A stretch of 64,000 bases of DNA, from NCBI RefSeq assembly GCF_009914755.1, contig NC_060935.1; one strand, written 5' to 3'. The position numbers and the translations under genes are program-made. This DNA is from the human T2T-CHM13v2.0 reference genome, Homo sapiens. A model generated the notes under the pieces. It was not told the origin of the DNA. It did not search any database and was given only the letters and a program-made list of their open reading frames with translations. This document shows, one piece after another, positions 11,718 through 27,343 of this stretch. The first letter of the stretch is position 1. Each line of letters opens with the position of its first letter.

Positions 11718-11969
11718 TATATTATATATATATACATATATACACTGTATATAGTATGTATATATATCTCACAATGGGCTGAACAATTATCTAACTAAGA
11801 AGAGACTACTATGTCCTTTATGCTGCTAACTCCGCTTCTTATCCTCATTCTGCTCAAATCCCTATTCTAATTGTTGCTTTAGGATAAAGGAGCCACAGGT
11901 AATGTGGCAATATTGGAAGAGCAAGGAAGCCAGGCCTGATGCATTGAAAGTGTTTTATTTGATAGGCAT

Positions 11970-12440
11970 TATCACATAGAGGCTAGAAGCCCTGGTTCTG
12001 GAGTTAGACATAAATTTGAGTATTGACTTTGCCTCTTACTAAATGTATGACCTTGGGCAAATTACTAAATTTCTCTATGCTTTCAATCTCCTCATCTGTA
12101 AGATGGAGTAATAATGCTACCTAACTCGAACGGCAATTGTAAAGATGGACTGAAATAATGCATTATAGTGCTCAGCAAAGTGACTGATACATTGTAAGCC
12201 CTAAATAAATGCTTACTGTGAACTGACACAATATAAAGGATGTTATACTCTCTACATACTGTGTGACCTGGGTCTAGTGACTTAACTTTCCTGTATCTCA
12301 ATGTTCGTCATCTGCAGAAATGAAGATATTAAGATTAGTTTTGTCATAGAGTTTTTTTAAAGATTAAATGAATTCTACATAAAACACTTTAAAACAATGC
12401 CTAGCTTATAAGAAATGCTATGTAAGTTCTATTATTATAT
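11970..12440 (+). mobile_element. Two adjacent MIR elements
   Basis: Cores tgaccttgggcaaattactaaat...ctcatctgtaagatgg and tgtgtgacctggg...tgacttaactttcctgtatctc. Confidence 0.75.
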
Positions 12441-12696
12441 ACTGTTGTTAGGAGATTTTTTTTTATTTGTCTTTTTTTTTCCAGTGAAGATCTTTGATTT
12501 TGAGATACTTGTCTCAGAAGTAAGTTAATATAGGGTAATAAAAATAGCACTGGACAGAAAGTCAAGAGACCTAGGGTTTAGTTCAGTGAACTATATATGA
12601 ACTATATGATATATGCAAGCTTGGAATCACAGCTTATCTATCACTTGGAATCACTTCCTTTTCTATTAAATGTGGCAGGGTGATTAAATTGTGTCC

Positions 12697-13851
<1,155 letters not shown>

Positions 13852-15227
13852 GAGTAGAGAATTTCAAAGCCCTCTTTAAACTCTATAATTTTGTGATTTG
13901 TTTTGTCTCAGTATATTTCAATGAGAATCTAGTGGAAACAGCGTATAGGAGAAGTAGGAGAATTTCTTCAAGTAGGTGGGGAGAAAGTAAAAGAAGCTCT
14001 ATTCTCAAATATCACTAGAGTTGTGTTGGTTTTTGTTTGTTCTCTAAGGGATTTTTTGTTGTTGTTAGTCACAGTCTTCTTGATATTCCAAATCCACTGT
14101 CCCAAATATTCAACCCTTCTTTCAGAAATGAGGAAATTAAGACTGAAATATTATATATATATATATATATAATACTACTGTAAAATATACTGGCTGTCTG
14201 GGTGTTAAAAATGAGAATAGATTAATAAAATAGAAAAAGTCACACAAGCATAAGGCAGGTTGGGAGTAGGATATAGTTAATGGGAGTAAAGAGGAGTTAT
14301 AATTTGTTGACTTAGAAGTCTTAGATAATGTAGTATTCTATTGTAGGGAGTTTACAGGAAATCAACACAGGACTGAGGTGAGATTGAAAGGGACCTCTGA
14401 ATAGAATAATTTATACTTCTACTTTCAGATCTTCTGGATGTGACTATGGCATATCTAGACTTTGAGCATCTTTAGGGACAAGACTGATTCATCTGAATAT
14501 TTCTAGTACTTGGAATCTAAGAGGTGCTCAAAAAAACTCATTGGATGACATGATTAGATATATTAGAGTTTGTTAGCTAGAAATCAAGTGAACAGATTAT
14601 TTTAATCAAAAAATTCCCAATGTCTTAAAATTGTAAATATATTTTTATACAAAGGTAAAATTTGCCTTATGAGCCAGAAGACACATTCACAAAGTGTATG
14701 TGAATGATAGCAACAAAGACAGCAATTTCAAAGATGAAATGTCTTGAGATGATGCATTCTCACATGAATTGCAAACTTGGAATCACAGCAGCAACTTTTG
14801 AGATTCTGGAAGGCTGCAAAATTGGAAAATTATGCTTTGAAATATATGCTGTCCAGATAATCCTTTATTTAGTCATTTATTTATTGAACCCTTACCAAGT
14901 AGTAAGTCCTGGTGATAAAAGTAACAAAGGACAGGCTTATAATCTAATAGTGAGACTGAAGTATAATCTCTGCATTGTTACAGAAGATGAATAGAAAATG
15001 GAGAATAGAATGTAAAAAGGGTTATCAGCAGAGTCCAGAAAGATCTTTTGAGCATTTATGCCTATAACTGGATACATCTCAGTGGTAGTGTTGAAGACAT
15101 ATGATACAGAACTCTTGCTGTGTTTCGATGCAATGTACAATGTCAACAGGAAGACAGGATTAACCCCTATAAATACCAGAGAACAATACAAAACAGTGTA
15201 TGATGAAATCACCTCCTAATTCCATGT

Positions 15228-15500
15228 TCATTAATTCACTCATTCATGCGTTCAAGCACTCCATGTTTGTGGAGTGCTTACTATGTGCCAGCCACTTGAC
15301 TAGTCGTGGAGATAGAGTGATGAACATAAGAGTTAGAATTTATAACCTAGCAGAGAAGATGGACTTTAAACAAATAATCCCAGTGTGTAATGAGTGTTAT
15401 AGTAGGGAAAAACACAGGAAGGGAACACAAAGCAGGGTGATCAAACCTGGTCTATGTCTCCCCTGGTCTAGGCCTTCCCCGAGGAAGTGAAATGTTAACC
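15228..15500 (-). mobile_element. L2 fragment
   Basis: attcattcat...gagtgcttactatgtgccag antisense L2 end. Confidence 0.65.
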
Positions 15501-15989
15501 CAAGAAGTGGTCTGCCTCCTGGTTTCCAACAGCAACTCCCAGAGACTCCCCTTAGTAGGTCCTTTCCCAGTGTTTCAGTTCCCCATTTTAATATAGTTCA
15601 TGCTCCAATTGCAAAACTCCTATGTATCCTGGCTTTTTACATTGCAGTAGGCAAACTTCCATGAGGGGTGCAAATCTTCCTTTCTTTTCTGAGGGGCACT
15701 ATCCCTATTAAAAATTCACCAAAATTTTAATCTATTTTTCCGAATTAAATAATATCACTTTATTATCTAACATTTAGCATTTCACACTTAGCCCCCACCC
15801 TGTTGATTTCCATTTGTATATGTGCAAGTGATATGTGTGCACAATTTCTAACAAGTACATCGATATTATCTGTCTTAAGACAGTAAAGTACTTGAAGATA
15901 ACCATCATATTTCTAATCCATATTCTGTAATCCCCGTAACCTTCATGGTAGTGATGATAATCATCATAGATATGGTAATAGAAGCAACC

Positions 15990-16190
15990 ACTATCATTTT
16001 CTGAGTACTTAGTATGTGCCAATAATTATTCAATAACCTACATAAATTATTTTGCCTAATACTTATAAAACGTCTATGAAGTAGCTATTATTATCTCTAT
16101 TTAAATGTGATTTATAGGGACTGAAAATTTGGTCAAGGTCACACAAGGTAGAGCTCTGATTTGAACCCAGATCTGCTTGATGCCACCAGG
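15990..16190 (-). mobile_element. MIR fragment
   Basis: caaggtcacacaag...gagctctgatttgaacccagatctg. Confidence 0.65.
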
Positions 16191-18135
16191 ATTTACAGTG
16201 TTATAAAATCATGCTTTGGCATTATTCAGTTAGTCATTTTTATAAATATTCTTTGAACTAATTATCTGTGTTAGGTTACCAAACAATAAGGTCCACTAGA
16301 TTAAATCTCTCATACATTTACCAAATATAGCTCACTGGACACCTATTGAAATAAATGCTATGAGAATAGGCAAACACATACCCATTATTCTCTATTCTAG
16401 TATTTTATTACCCACTGGCATATTACGTGAAAAATATTTGGGTGATCTTTGGATAAGAAAACTACCTTTGTTGGCACCCAAGTCAAAATTCCAAATGTTC
16501 TGAGATATAAGTCTGAAGATTCCTAGGCACTTGGCTAGTCACGGAGATAAAGTGATGGACATGATGAAGATAAAGTTGATAAAATTAACAATTAAGGGTA
16601 GAGGAAGGAGGTGCTGTTGGTACTTTCACATGCTATATCAAGACAAGTACAGGTCTATTGCAATAAGCTGGGATTAGATTCTCTAGAAATAAGATGAATA
16701 AACTGGTTTCCACATAACCTGCCAGCAAATTCAAGATGTTCATATCAACCTGTCTTATCCACAGCCTCCTCTAAGTAAATCTTTCTGCTGGTGGCCTTAT
16801 TCTAAATAATTATGCTCTGTACTATGTGAGTCAACCGAGGAATAGACGCTTGACTCAAAGACAGTCATTCCGTAACCTAGCCATCCATCTGTATGGACTA
16901 GCTCAAAATGATAATCTGAGCCAATCAGATTCCTTTCTTGGAGATTTGGCATCAGGAAACTATGATACTAAGCCAGTTGGCAGCAAAGTCAGATTGTAAG
17001 AGGATGTCATGAACCATATGCAAACTAAAACGAAGAAGGAACAGAACGGATAGGAAGTAAAGGGTGAGGAAGCTGGGAGGGGTAGGAGGAGGGGGCAAGG
17101 CACAGAAAGAAAGCAAAGAAGCTAAGACACTGGTATTTAGAGTTCCTTAAATCCTGGTGTGTTTCCACTTCCAGTCCTTGTGTATCTCTGTAATAATTTC
17201 CTTCACCGATCTAATCTCCTCCCACTGCTGATTTTGTGAAGTAACTTAATTCTGTTTCTTTCATCCAAAAGAGACTGACGGAAATAATCTTCCTTCATTT
17301 CCACGTCAAGCACTTATACATATGAAATATTACCCTTAGTTCTCATTAGTAAATGGATGTGAAAGTCAGGACATTCCAAAAGAAAGAACTAGAACTCACT
17401 CGGCCAGAAAACCCCCATTTCAGTTTTTACACAGAAAAATTCTTACAGTCTATGTTTCACTAAGAATGTCTGCTGTGCAAAACCCTCAAACTTTTTAGAA
17501 CGTTTTTTTTGTTCCAAGTTAGAGAACGGCAATCAGTAATCTATTACCCAAAGTGCTTCTCCTTTCCAGGTTTCATGTTAGAGTGATTCTAATATGTGTG
17601 TGCTATCAACTGCCTACACAGAAAACTGAGAGACAAAGGCTTTCTCCTTTTCCACACATTATCCTTCATTCAGACTTAATGCCTGCAGGTCCGGTTTAAT
17701 GATTTCCCAGAGTTTATGAACGAAAAAGAAAAACAAAGCAATAAAAACAAAAATCAAAGTTAAATTTCCTCAAAAGTTTTCAAGAAGGAAGTAGTCAGGA
17801 CAAAAACAAAGGGAATGAGGGCACTTTGTCTCAGGATACAAATTAAAGATCACTGTGGTGGCCTCTGTGGGGTGGTTATAAAGGGGACCAGGTGTATACT
17901 AGGAAGTCATTTAGTTTTAGAAATGTAAATATGTGTAAATGTTTTAATTTTACTCAACTTGCCAGAGGTAGAATGTCCCTGGACAACTAACTGATACATT
18001 TCTTTAGGGCCAATCGCTGGCTTTAGAAGAGCCTCAGCTAATCACAGTAGAGCTGGACTGTTGTGGTTTTCCATTCCTTTGCATCGTATTCCTCAGTCTC
18101 TGCGGAAGGCACTGCTCCTTCCTTTCCTTTCTAAA

Positions 18136-18137
18136 TC

Positions 18138-18178
<41 letters not shown>

Positions 18179-18184
18179 CTCTCC
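18136..18184. repeat. (CT)n microsatellite
   Basis: Read directly from the sequence. Confidence 0.95.
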
Positions 18185-21071
18185 TCCCCTAGTTTATCCT
18201 GGACTCATGCTGAGCTCAGCAACCCTTGAACTCATTTTCTATCTGACATGTGAAATAGTTCTTAGGTTTCATTAAACATTTGGAAAATAAACGAGGTACT
18301 TCGCTCTGCCACTTTTCAGGTATGGTGAAGAAAATAAAATGGCCTCCCTGGGCAGTACTAGATGGGTTGTGGTTGTGCTGGCCTTGCTCTTGATGAGATA
18401 GCACTACTGTTATTTCTGTATATACCAGACCTGTCACTTTGCATTTTCTATTTCTCAGTGAAGACATGAACATCTAGACATTCCACATGTCTATGGGGAA
18501 CTAGAGTGTCCAGGAATGGAAGCAAATGGAAACATTCTCATTATGCAAGTGTAACTTTAGCTGTGACCTAAAATGTATTGCCTAAGACTTCTATAAGGGT
18601 GAAATTGAAAATTTTCCATTTTTTTTAACCTCAATATTGTATAATCTAGTCACTGTTCAAAAACTCCTCAAACTTCATTTTTCATTACTTCATAGGGTTT
18701 TTTTGTGAGGATTAAATTAAAAGACATATGTAAAGCACTGAGAACAGTGTCTCCCCTATCATTAGTACTCAGTAAATGTTAGCTATTTGTGTTATTTTTA
18801 AAAGATTTCATACAAAAATGTATTTTTAAACAGCAATCGAAATTTACTTGAATTTTAATGTTTTGGGTTCCCTAGTACCATTTACCAAGACAGTTTGTTT
18901 TGATTTAAAAGGGCCTCAAGTGCTTGATAACACTCAGGGTTTATCATTAAACATCTTTATTGCACTTGTGTTTGCAAAGTACATTTTTGTCTTCTGTTAG
19001 CTAGTCTATCCAGTCAGATTCTGAGAGAACTCAGTGTCAGTGATACTGTTGAATAATGAAGAAGCTAAGGTCATGGAGAAATTAAATGACACGAATGTAT
19101 TCTTCATTCTAACCTCTCTCTAGATGAAGAAAGATGATTTCTAAAATTTGGCTTTACATGTGTATGAAGATGAGTGTATGTGTATACACACAAAAACACA
19201 CACACGTATATATACCCTTATGTGTCCTGCTCCCAACAAATTCTCTTTTTTCTAAGCTAAAGATCATTCTTTAAGTTTTTAACTGAAAAATTACAGTTTG
19301 CCAGTTAATGAAAAGGAAATATTGTTCCCATTTAAGAGCTGGAACTCTGAGATCGAGTGCTTTGGAATACTTCTAGAGCTTTGTCTACTAGCCATAGGTA
19401 ATGATTCCTACTTTCACTCTGCAGGAAGCAACTACCTGTTGTGATATGAACAAAATATAGAAGATAATATGTCCAATATATTCTGTATGACTCAAGGAAG
19501 AACCCAAACATAAATAGGTCTGGTTTTTATAAATGTGGGGCTGGGCTGAGAGGGTCCCCTTGGTGGTAGATGGGTAAAAGTATTTAAGTGTGTACCAAGC
19601 ACCGCAGTTCTTCTAAAAGGTCTTCTTTGCCTTTTATGATTGCCTTCTGTCTGTAGAAGCCTCTTTCTTTGTAATTCTGGTTTAGTCATCAGGCAAAATG
19701 CCTTATTTATTTCTGGTTGTTTACAAAACCAAAGACCCATACTATAGGATATTTATAATGTTGTCTATCAAAGCAGTCACCGGGAGAAGAGATAAGCAAT
19801 TCCTCTGCTAAAAAATATTGCGGCCTATGGATTATGAATGCTCATGAAAAGGTCCCTGCTTTACCAGGTCATAAGTAAATGATTTTGTTCCCTTGAGCTA
19901 ATGATGCAACTCATTTAGGTTGATTTCACCTTCCTCAGATATCATAAATCTAATTTCCGTCTTTCACCTATAGTGCTTAGCTCATTGTGCAGTGGCATCA
20001 CAGGTAAGAAGGGCTGAAGCAAAGTCTGAGTTCATTCCTCCTAAGAACATTGGGAAGAATTTCTCCCCTTTTTCAAAGAACCAGAGGGTATATTTAGCCA
20101 AACAAGAATAAGTTTCTAGATATGGAGGGTAACCAAATAGGGTAATATTTTTCTGGGTGGAAAAAGTAAAGAGAAGGTAGATGCCTTTATGTGTTGGTAT
20201 CATAGTTTCCATAGCCCTGGTGCTTCCCATAGTAGCTTTGAAATGAAGACCAGCAGTCCGTTCCCCTAGATGAGGCAACAACTCAGGGTGAGTAGAGGCT
20301 GGAGCCACACCCTACCAGCTCTCAGCCAGCTCAGCTTTTTGTTCTCTTTGCCTTTTGTCTTCAGGGCTCCAGCAACATCATTTAACCCCATTCAGGAGTG
20401 AGATTAGGTGAATTCCTTAGAGCCTATGAATCACCACTGGTGATGCAAAGTCAGAAGAGCTAACATGTCACTGGGATCCACGGGCTCTGAGGAATAACCA
20501 GTTTCAACAATGTTACATGATTTCAAGGCCTTTTCATGTCTCTTGCTTTTGGCCCTGTCACGTATATCTGATATACTTCCAATTTTTCATGTCCCAGTCT
20601 CCCATCCCTTTTATTAATCTGCTTCTTTTCACATCATCTGCCCTACTTCCTGCGACCTTCTAACTATAGCAAACTGCTAAACCCTAGAACCTTTCCTCTA
20701 TTGTTAAAATTCTCCTCAAAAGTCACCCAAATTATCCTGGTAGCAAAGTAGAAGAGCTTAAAAATATTTTTTGCAGTGAAAAGCCTAGAGATGACTTACC
20801 TAAATATGTCCTATTTGCTACCTGTAGTTCATGCTCCTGCCAGGGGGAAGTTATGGGATTTTGCCTAGACATACTTTGGTCATTCTGTGTTTTGCGCTGC
20901 CCATGATGAATCAGGGATTGTTTAAGCAAATGAAAGCAAGTGTCCTTGTGGAGTGGTAATGGAGACATTGGTGGCATTCACATGGCTGAAAATTTGCAGC
21001 TCATCTCTGGCCCCATCCATGAACTGAATTCTAACCTCAGAATGTTCTTCTGAAAGAAAGACCATTTTCAT

Positions 21072-21192
21072 TGCTAGACTCTAAGCTCCATGAGGGCACA
21101 CACTGTGTCTGGATTCTGTTCATTTATGTATTCCAGGTGACATAGAATGAAGCTTCTCCCATTGTAGGTGTTCAATAAGTCTTTGTTAATTT
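21072..21192 (+). mobile_element. L2 3'-end fragment
   Basis: ctagactctaagctccatgagggca...gtaggtgttcaataa. Confidence 0.65.
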
Positions 21193-24100
21193 AAATTCCT
21201 ACCTGATGAAGTTATTACTCTAGCACAGCACAAGGTTCTTTTCCATTAAATACCACAATATCAACTGGATATGGCAGGGCAGAGTTTAATGTGCTAATTT
21301 AAATACACAGAAATGAAAAGATTGTTGTATCCATCATGGACCTTGGAATAAACATGAATTTCTGAGGGCTGTAAATGTATCTTAGAGAACAGGATTAGGA
21401 ACAAAGTAGAAATAAGTAAAATTTAAGGAAGATCTCAAATATGAAGGGTAGTGGATAAAGAAAATGCACTTAATTTTGATTATAGAAATGCAAAATTGAT
21501 AAAGAGTTCTCAGCTTAATTGAAATACCAAGTATTTTCTCAGGACCTTAGTACCATTACCGCTAAATAAAATAAAATAAATAAAATATGGAATTTAGACT
21601 AGATAAGATCCCTTCCAAATTTAAAAAGGAGATTATGATTACAAATGATCAAAAATATATAAAATATAAATTAAACTGAGGACCTTATTCTTTCTTTTGA
21701 GAATGGGTCTTGGCCTAGAACAAAGGATCTTAACCTAAAACCTATCACTGTACTGCTTTGGATCTTTGAATTTCCTAAAACTGTGCAAAAAATGTGTATA
21801 TATATATATATTTTCCTGAGGAGGAAGAATCTACAGTTTTCATCAAATTCCCAAAGTGAACCCCAAAAACCTTATAAACCACTAGAGTATTATATTTTAG
21901 GTTGTCTCTTCATAGGATTTGGCAGAACACTTTCAATGTGTCAGGCATCATGCTAAACATTTATACATATTAACTCATTTAACCCTAACTTCATAATACC
22001 ACTGCTTTTCTGAGAAGCAAGTTAACGTTCTCAAATTCATACAGCTGATACATGGTGGTGCTGGGATACCAACTCAGGCTGAATAAAAACGCCCTGCCTT
22101 TTTATTACATAGAATTATCTTCCTTTTGAGTAGACAGAACATTTGCCAACAACCAGAGCCTTTTCAGTCTTAGCCATCATTTTCCATTTAAATCATCCTT
22201 TATATAGTAATGGCCTCCTAAGGATCCTAAAGTCTTATTACATTCAAGCAGCATTCCTCTATGGAACAAGCCTTCTAAAGCACAGAGGCAACCCTCTCCA
22301 GACTGCTCCCTTCAGTTTTTTTCCATTGTAAAACTAGCCTGCAGTAAGCATAATTTTGTCTTAACTGTCTATTCTAGACTCCAGTCTGGACACATGGCAC
22401 AAATGGACAACCCATACATTTGGAGAGACTCCAAAACATCCATCTCAAGCACTGAATGGTCCTGGCCCTGTTTCAAAATTTTACTAACCTTCCACAAATT
22501 GTGATTCCAGACACGTTTATACCTTGGTCCCCAGGATAATGGAAGGCACAAAAGAGGCAGAAATTAAAATGTCAGTCCATCTGGGTACACAATGTGGGCC
22601 AGCAATGACAGTGGAACCCATTGTCTCCTAGGTCACCTGAGGGTAGTATATCTGTGCTTTCTGTGAAAGGGTTGACAAAGTAATCCAGAGCAGTTTTCTT
22701 GATGTTCCTTAACTCACTGTAAATACAGTGTGCTACTTAACAATAGCAACTAAGATTTAACAAGCAACAGGAAGCATTTTTAAAAACAAGTGAAAAGCTG
22801 AGATCAGAATTCCAGTGAACTTCTAATTCAGCTACCACTGCCATTATTCAGAAGCAAAATAACCTGAAATATACGATGGAAGCTGGAGAGGCAAGTAAGA
22901 TAAAACTTTGCTATTATCTGCCCAAGAGAAAAGTTGGGATCATCCAAACCTTTTCATTAACTTCAAATTCTGAAGGTTGAGTCATATGCCATGTCACTGC
23001 AGATGGAAAAAAGAACATCCACAGCAAAGGTGACACCTGAGAGGTCATACAGCCTGTTAGAAAAGCTGAAAGCATCAATCTGAGAAAAATAAGTGAAACT
23101 CAAGACCCACGTCAGAACTATGGATGACATAAGGGATTGAGGGTTATGGGATTCGAGACATTGCTAATCTCCTCACTTTTCCCCCTTTTTATTCTTTACA
23201 ACCCAACCACTGATAGAAGCCACTTGTTTGACCTGAACTAATCTGTTATGTTTTCCGTGCCTCCAAAGGTGCCGGTTTCAGTTCTGCTGTGTTACAGTAG
23301 TGCCTTTGCTGAGTTTGAAACTGGATACTCCAAGCAAGTAGATGCCTTTTCTTCAAACATGCCAGGGAAAAACTTAAATTACTTTAGCAAAAATAACCTT
23401 TCTGCCATCTTCATCAAGTTAACACAGAAAACTGATATTTAGTCATGAAGGAGCTTGATTAAACTGTTTCACTTTATCATATTACATCTTGATACAGCAA
23501 TTTTTTTTTTTTTTGCTTGGCTGCCTTCTCCACGAGATTTTATGCTTCATGAGGACGCTTTTTCTCATCATTATATCGTCAATACAATAATCTTTTATAA
23601 GAAAATAAATAAAGAAAGTCCATGCAGAAAAGTCGTCTGATCTATGTTACAAGAATAGTGAATTCTTATCAGGTTAATAAAATATAAATTGCATTACTCA
23701 AGAGTTTTTAATAACCAGTGGTTGTAAACTGAATTTATATCATGTATCATGTGTAAATGTAATACTGAATATTGTTGTAAGTTTCAGGATAGGAATTAGT
23801 GTTCAGGCTGCAGTGAGTAATTGCTACTTTTGTCATCCTTTGGGTAACTCTTGGCCAGCTTGGGTCTGCGAAATTGCCCCCTCCTTTGCATTCAGCCCTG
23901 TCCTTGTTCTAGGAGTCTCCTCCCCCAACATGCAGTGGGTCTAGCATTGGTATGTGATTCTCTGTTCCTCCAGGGAACAGCCCTCCCTGCGGTCATGAGG
24001 CTTTGTTCATCCATACTCCCAGCTGTCCTTTCTTTGCTTTGTGTTTTTAGGGGAGAAATGTGCTGGACCTGTTGGGCCCCTACACTGAAGCTTCACAGGG

Positions 24101-24950
24101 AAAGTTGGGAGAGGGAGAGAAAGAGAAAGAGAGAGTGGGGGAGGTTAAAAAGACAAGCTGCGGTGAAGCAGATTAAACAGGTGGAAAGTATGTGTGCATG
24201 TGCATGTGTGTGAGTGTGAGAGGCTGGGGAGGAGTGTTCCATGAAAAGAGACTGGCACTTGTTCAGACTGGAAGGAACTGAAAGAGTGGGAGCAGTATGT
24301 GAGCCAGGAAGAGAGCAGTGGGAAGTGGGGCTTTAGGTCAAATGGGGAAGAGGTCCCGCCTTCTAAATCATGCAAAAGATTTTGACTTTTATCTTAAGAA
24401 GAAAATGGGAGGAGAAAGCCTAGAGCAGTGTCAGAAAGACTGTACATGAGGGGAGAACTGAAACAGGCTTCTTTGGTGGTTCTGACCACAGCCCATTCAT
24501 TAGTGGAGCCTATTCCTTTGGGCATTCTTAGTTTTGACTCCATTTCAGAAAGATATATTGAGCACATACTCTGTTTTAGGCCCTATACTAGACAAGGGAG
24601 AGAGATTAAAATATTTAAGATGTGACTCCTGCCCTTAAGGATATGTCAGTTTAGTGATGACATTTTGTTTCATTAAAGAAGCTAATAGTCAAACCAAGAA
24701 CTTCCAGCTAATCATTCCGTGTCTTCTCACACGGAGTGCTTCTGAACCAGTTTTTTCACCTCCTGTTCTTATACATTTGATTTTTTTTTAATACAAATTT
24801 TTACATTTTTCTTGGTTTCAGGCCATCCTCCCTGCCTGCTATATCTTTTTGAATCTTGCTACTAGCTCTCTCTTCCAACTTTATGCTACATGCAGATCTG
24901 ATGAACATGTCTTCTTTTTGTTAACTCAAGATCTTACTTAAAAAATTGGT

Positions 24951-25245
<295 letters not shown>

Positions 25246-25592
25246 TTAAGCCCTTTAGCATGGCACAAGTAGAGATTTCTTTCCAGGTGGTTCTTAATTG
25301 ATTGGTCAGTACACGTAGGGTACCATACAGTGTTTTTTCCTGGGAAGCCTCTCCCTATTTTATAGCCAGAAATAAGTGCCCTATTTATGGGCACCCACAG
25401 CACCTGTGAATACCTATGCCACACTACTTGTGACATTACATTTTAATTTTGTTATGCATCTATCAGTATGGGTTTGTCGTTTTATTCATCACCATAGTCT
25501 CAAAATTGAGCACAGTGTATTTGTATTACATGTGATGGACACTCAATAAACATTGTTTGGTGACCTAACCTGCATGAGTTTTTATGGACTTT

Positions 25593-25905
25593 ATTTTATT
25601 TATTTATTTAGGTATTTACTTATTTTTTGAGACAGAGTATCACTCTGTTGTCAGGCTGGAGTGCAGTGGCGTGATCTTGGCTCACTGCAACCTCCACCTT
25701 CTGGGTTCAAGCGATTCCTGCCTCAGCCTCCTGAGTAGCTGGGATTACAGGTGCCTGCCACCACGCCCGGCTAATTTTTTGTATTTTTAATAGAGACGGG
25801 GTTTCACCATGTTAGCCAGGATGGTTTCAATCTCCTGACCTCATGATCCGCCCGCCTTGGCTTCCCAAAGTGCTGGGATTACAGGTGTGAGCCACCAAGC
25901 CCAGC
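25593..25905 (-). mobile_element. Alu (AluSc-like)
   Basis: Antisense Alu with (ttta)n tail; TSD tttttatggacttt at 25579-25592 and 25906-25919. Confidence 0.95.
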
Positions 25906-27020
25906 TTTTTATGGACTTTCAAAACATCCAGGCTATTTGATAAATTTTGAGGGTTGAAATATAAAATTTAGCCCTTCTGGCATTTCCCAGTTTAGCTCTA
26001 TGTGGTTAGGAACTGGGTCCCACGTTCATGCCTTGGTGTTGGCTCCACAGAATCATACACTTTGGTCTCTGGAGCACTTCCTGATATGTCATAGGAGTTT
26101 TTAGTGTCTTCAGATTATCTCAGAGATTTTACAAATGATGCAGTGAAATCAGGAGAAAAGAGACGTGTAACCCCTTTATCACTGATCTCCAATTTCATGG
26201 GCAGGACATGTAGAAAGAGCCTGGAATTTGACAATAGAACTCTGGTGAACAGGTATACTAAACATAATAAATATAATAAAAACTACAGCTTAATTTGAGA
26301 AAGCTCATTGAAAGAGAAATAAAAATTCTTCTTTTTGATGTAAACCATCTTGAGATATTTATAGTTTTTTGTTCTGTCCCCACGTGTTTTGCCTTTATCT
26401 TTGATTATCTAAACTATAAGGACCACAGATTCTCATTTTTGAAATTTGCTTTCATTAATTCTTCTCCATCTTTTTTTTTTTTTTTCTTAATGTATCTGAG
26501 TTTCTATCAGTTTGGCAAAAATACTTGGCAACATTTACTGGGATTTTTGAACATCCCACATGCAGTTCTGTGTTAGGGATTTCACAGGTATTATCCTATT
26601 TAATCCTCTTCTATAAGAGGCAGGTATGTTACTGTGCTTGATTTATTTAAAAAAAAAAGAAAGAAATAGAGGGAGGTTAAATCATCCCCACTCTTATCTT
26701 GGTTTCCGTCTCTCCCTGTAGTCTGCTGGTGTGTTGCAGAGCTGAGGTTTGAATAGGACCTGATTCCAGAGCCTGAACTCTTAATCCCACACACAATTTT
26801 GCAAAGGGCTCAAAGTCACAGAATGTCATACTGGAAGCATCCTTAGAGATCATCTAGCTTAGAACATAATGTCTAGCTGTGGACCTGATTTGCTCCTACT
26901 TTCTGGGCAAAATGAATCTCCCAGAGTGAAAAATAGGTAGGGGAAATGGATGAGGTGGGAGAGGGCTGGGTGGGTTGATTCCAAGTCCCAGACTCCCAGC
27001 AGGGACTTTCATGTCTGGAA

Positions 27021-27343
27021 TTTTGTTTTTTGCTTTTTGTTTGTTTGTTTGTTTGTTTTTGAGTCAGAGTCTTGCTCTGTCACCCAGGCTGCAGTGCAGT
27101 GGTGCCGTCTCAGCTCACCGCAACCTCCGCCTCCCGAGTTCAAGCAATTCTCAAGCCTCAGTCTCCTGAGTAGCTGGGATTACAGGCTCCTGCCACCACG
27201 CCTGGCTAATTTCTTTATATTTTTAATAGAGACAGGGTTTCATGATGTTGACCAGGCTGGTCTCGAATTCCTGACCTCAAGTGATCCACCTGCCTTGGCC
27301 TCCCAAAGTGCTAGGATTCCAGGTGTGAGTCATTGTGCCTGTC
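27021..27343 (-). mobile_element. Alu (AluS-like)
   Basis: Antisense Alu with (tttg)n tail. Confidence 0.93.

Noticed and set aside
16665-16697. KLGLDSLEIR* resembling the CR1/L3 ORF2 terminal motif
   Set aside because: Too short to support without an HMM search
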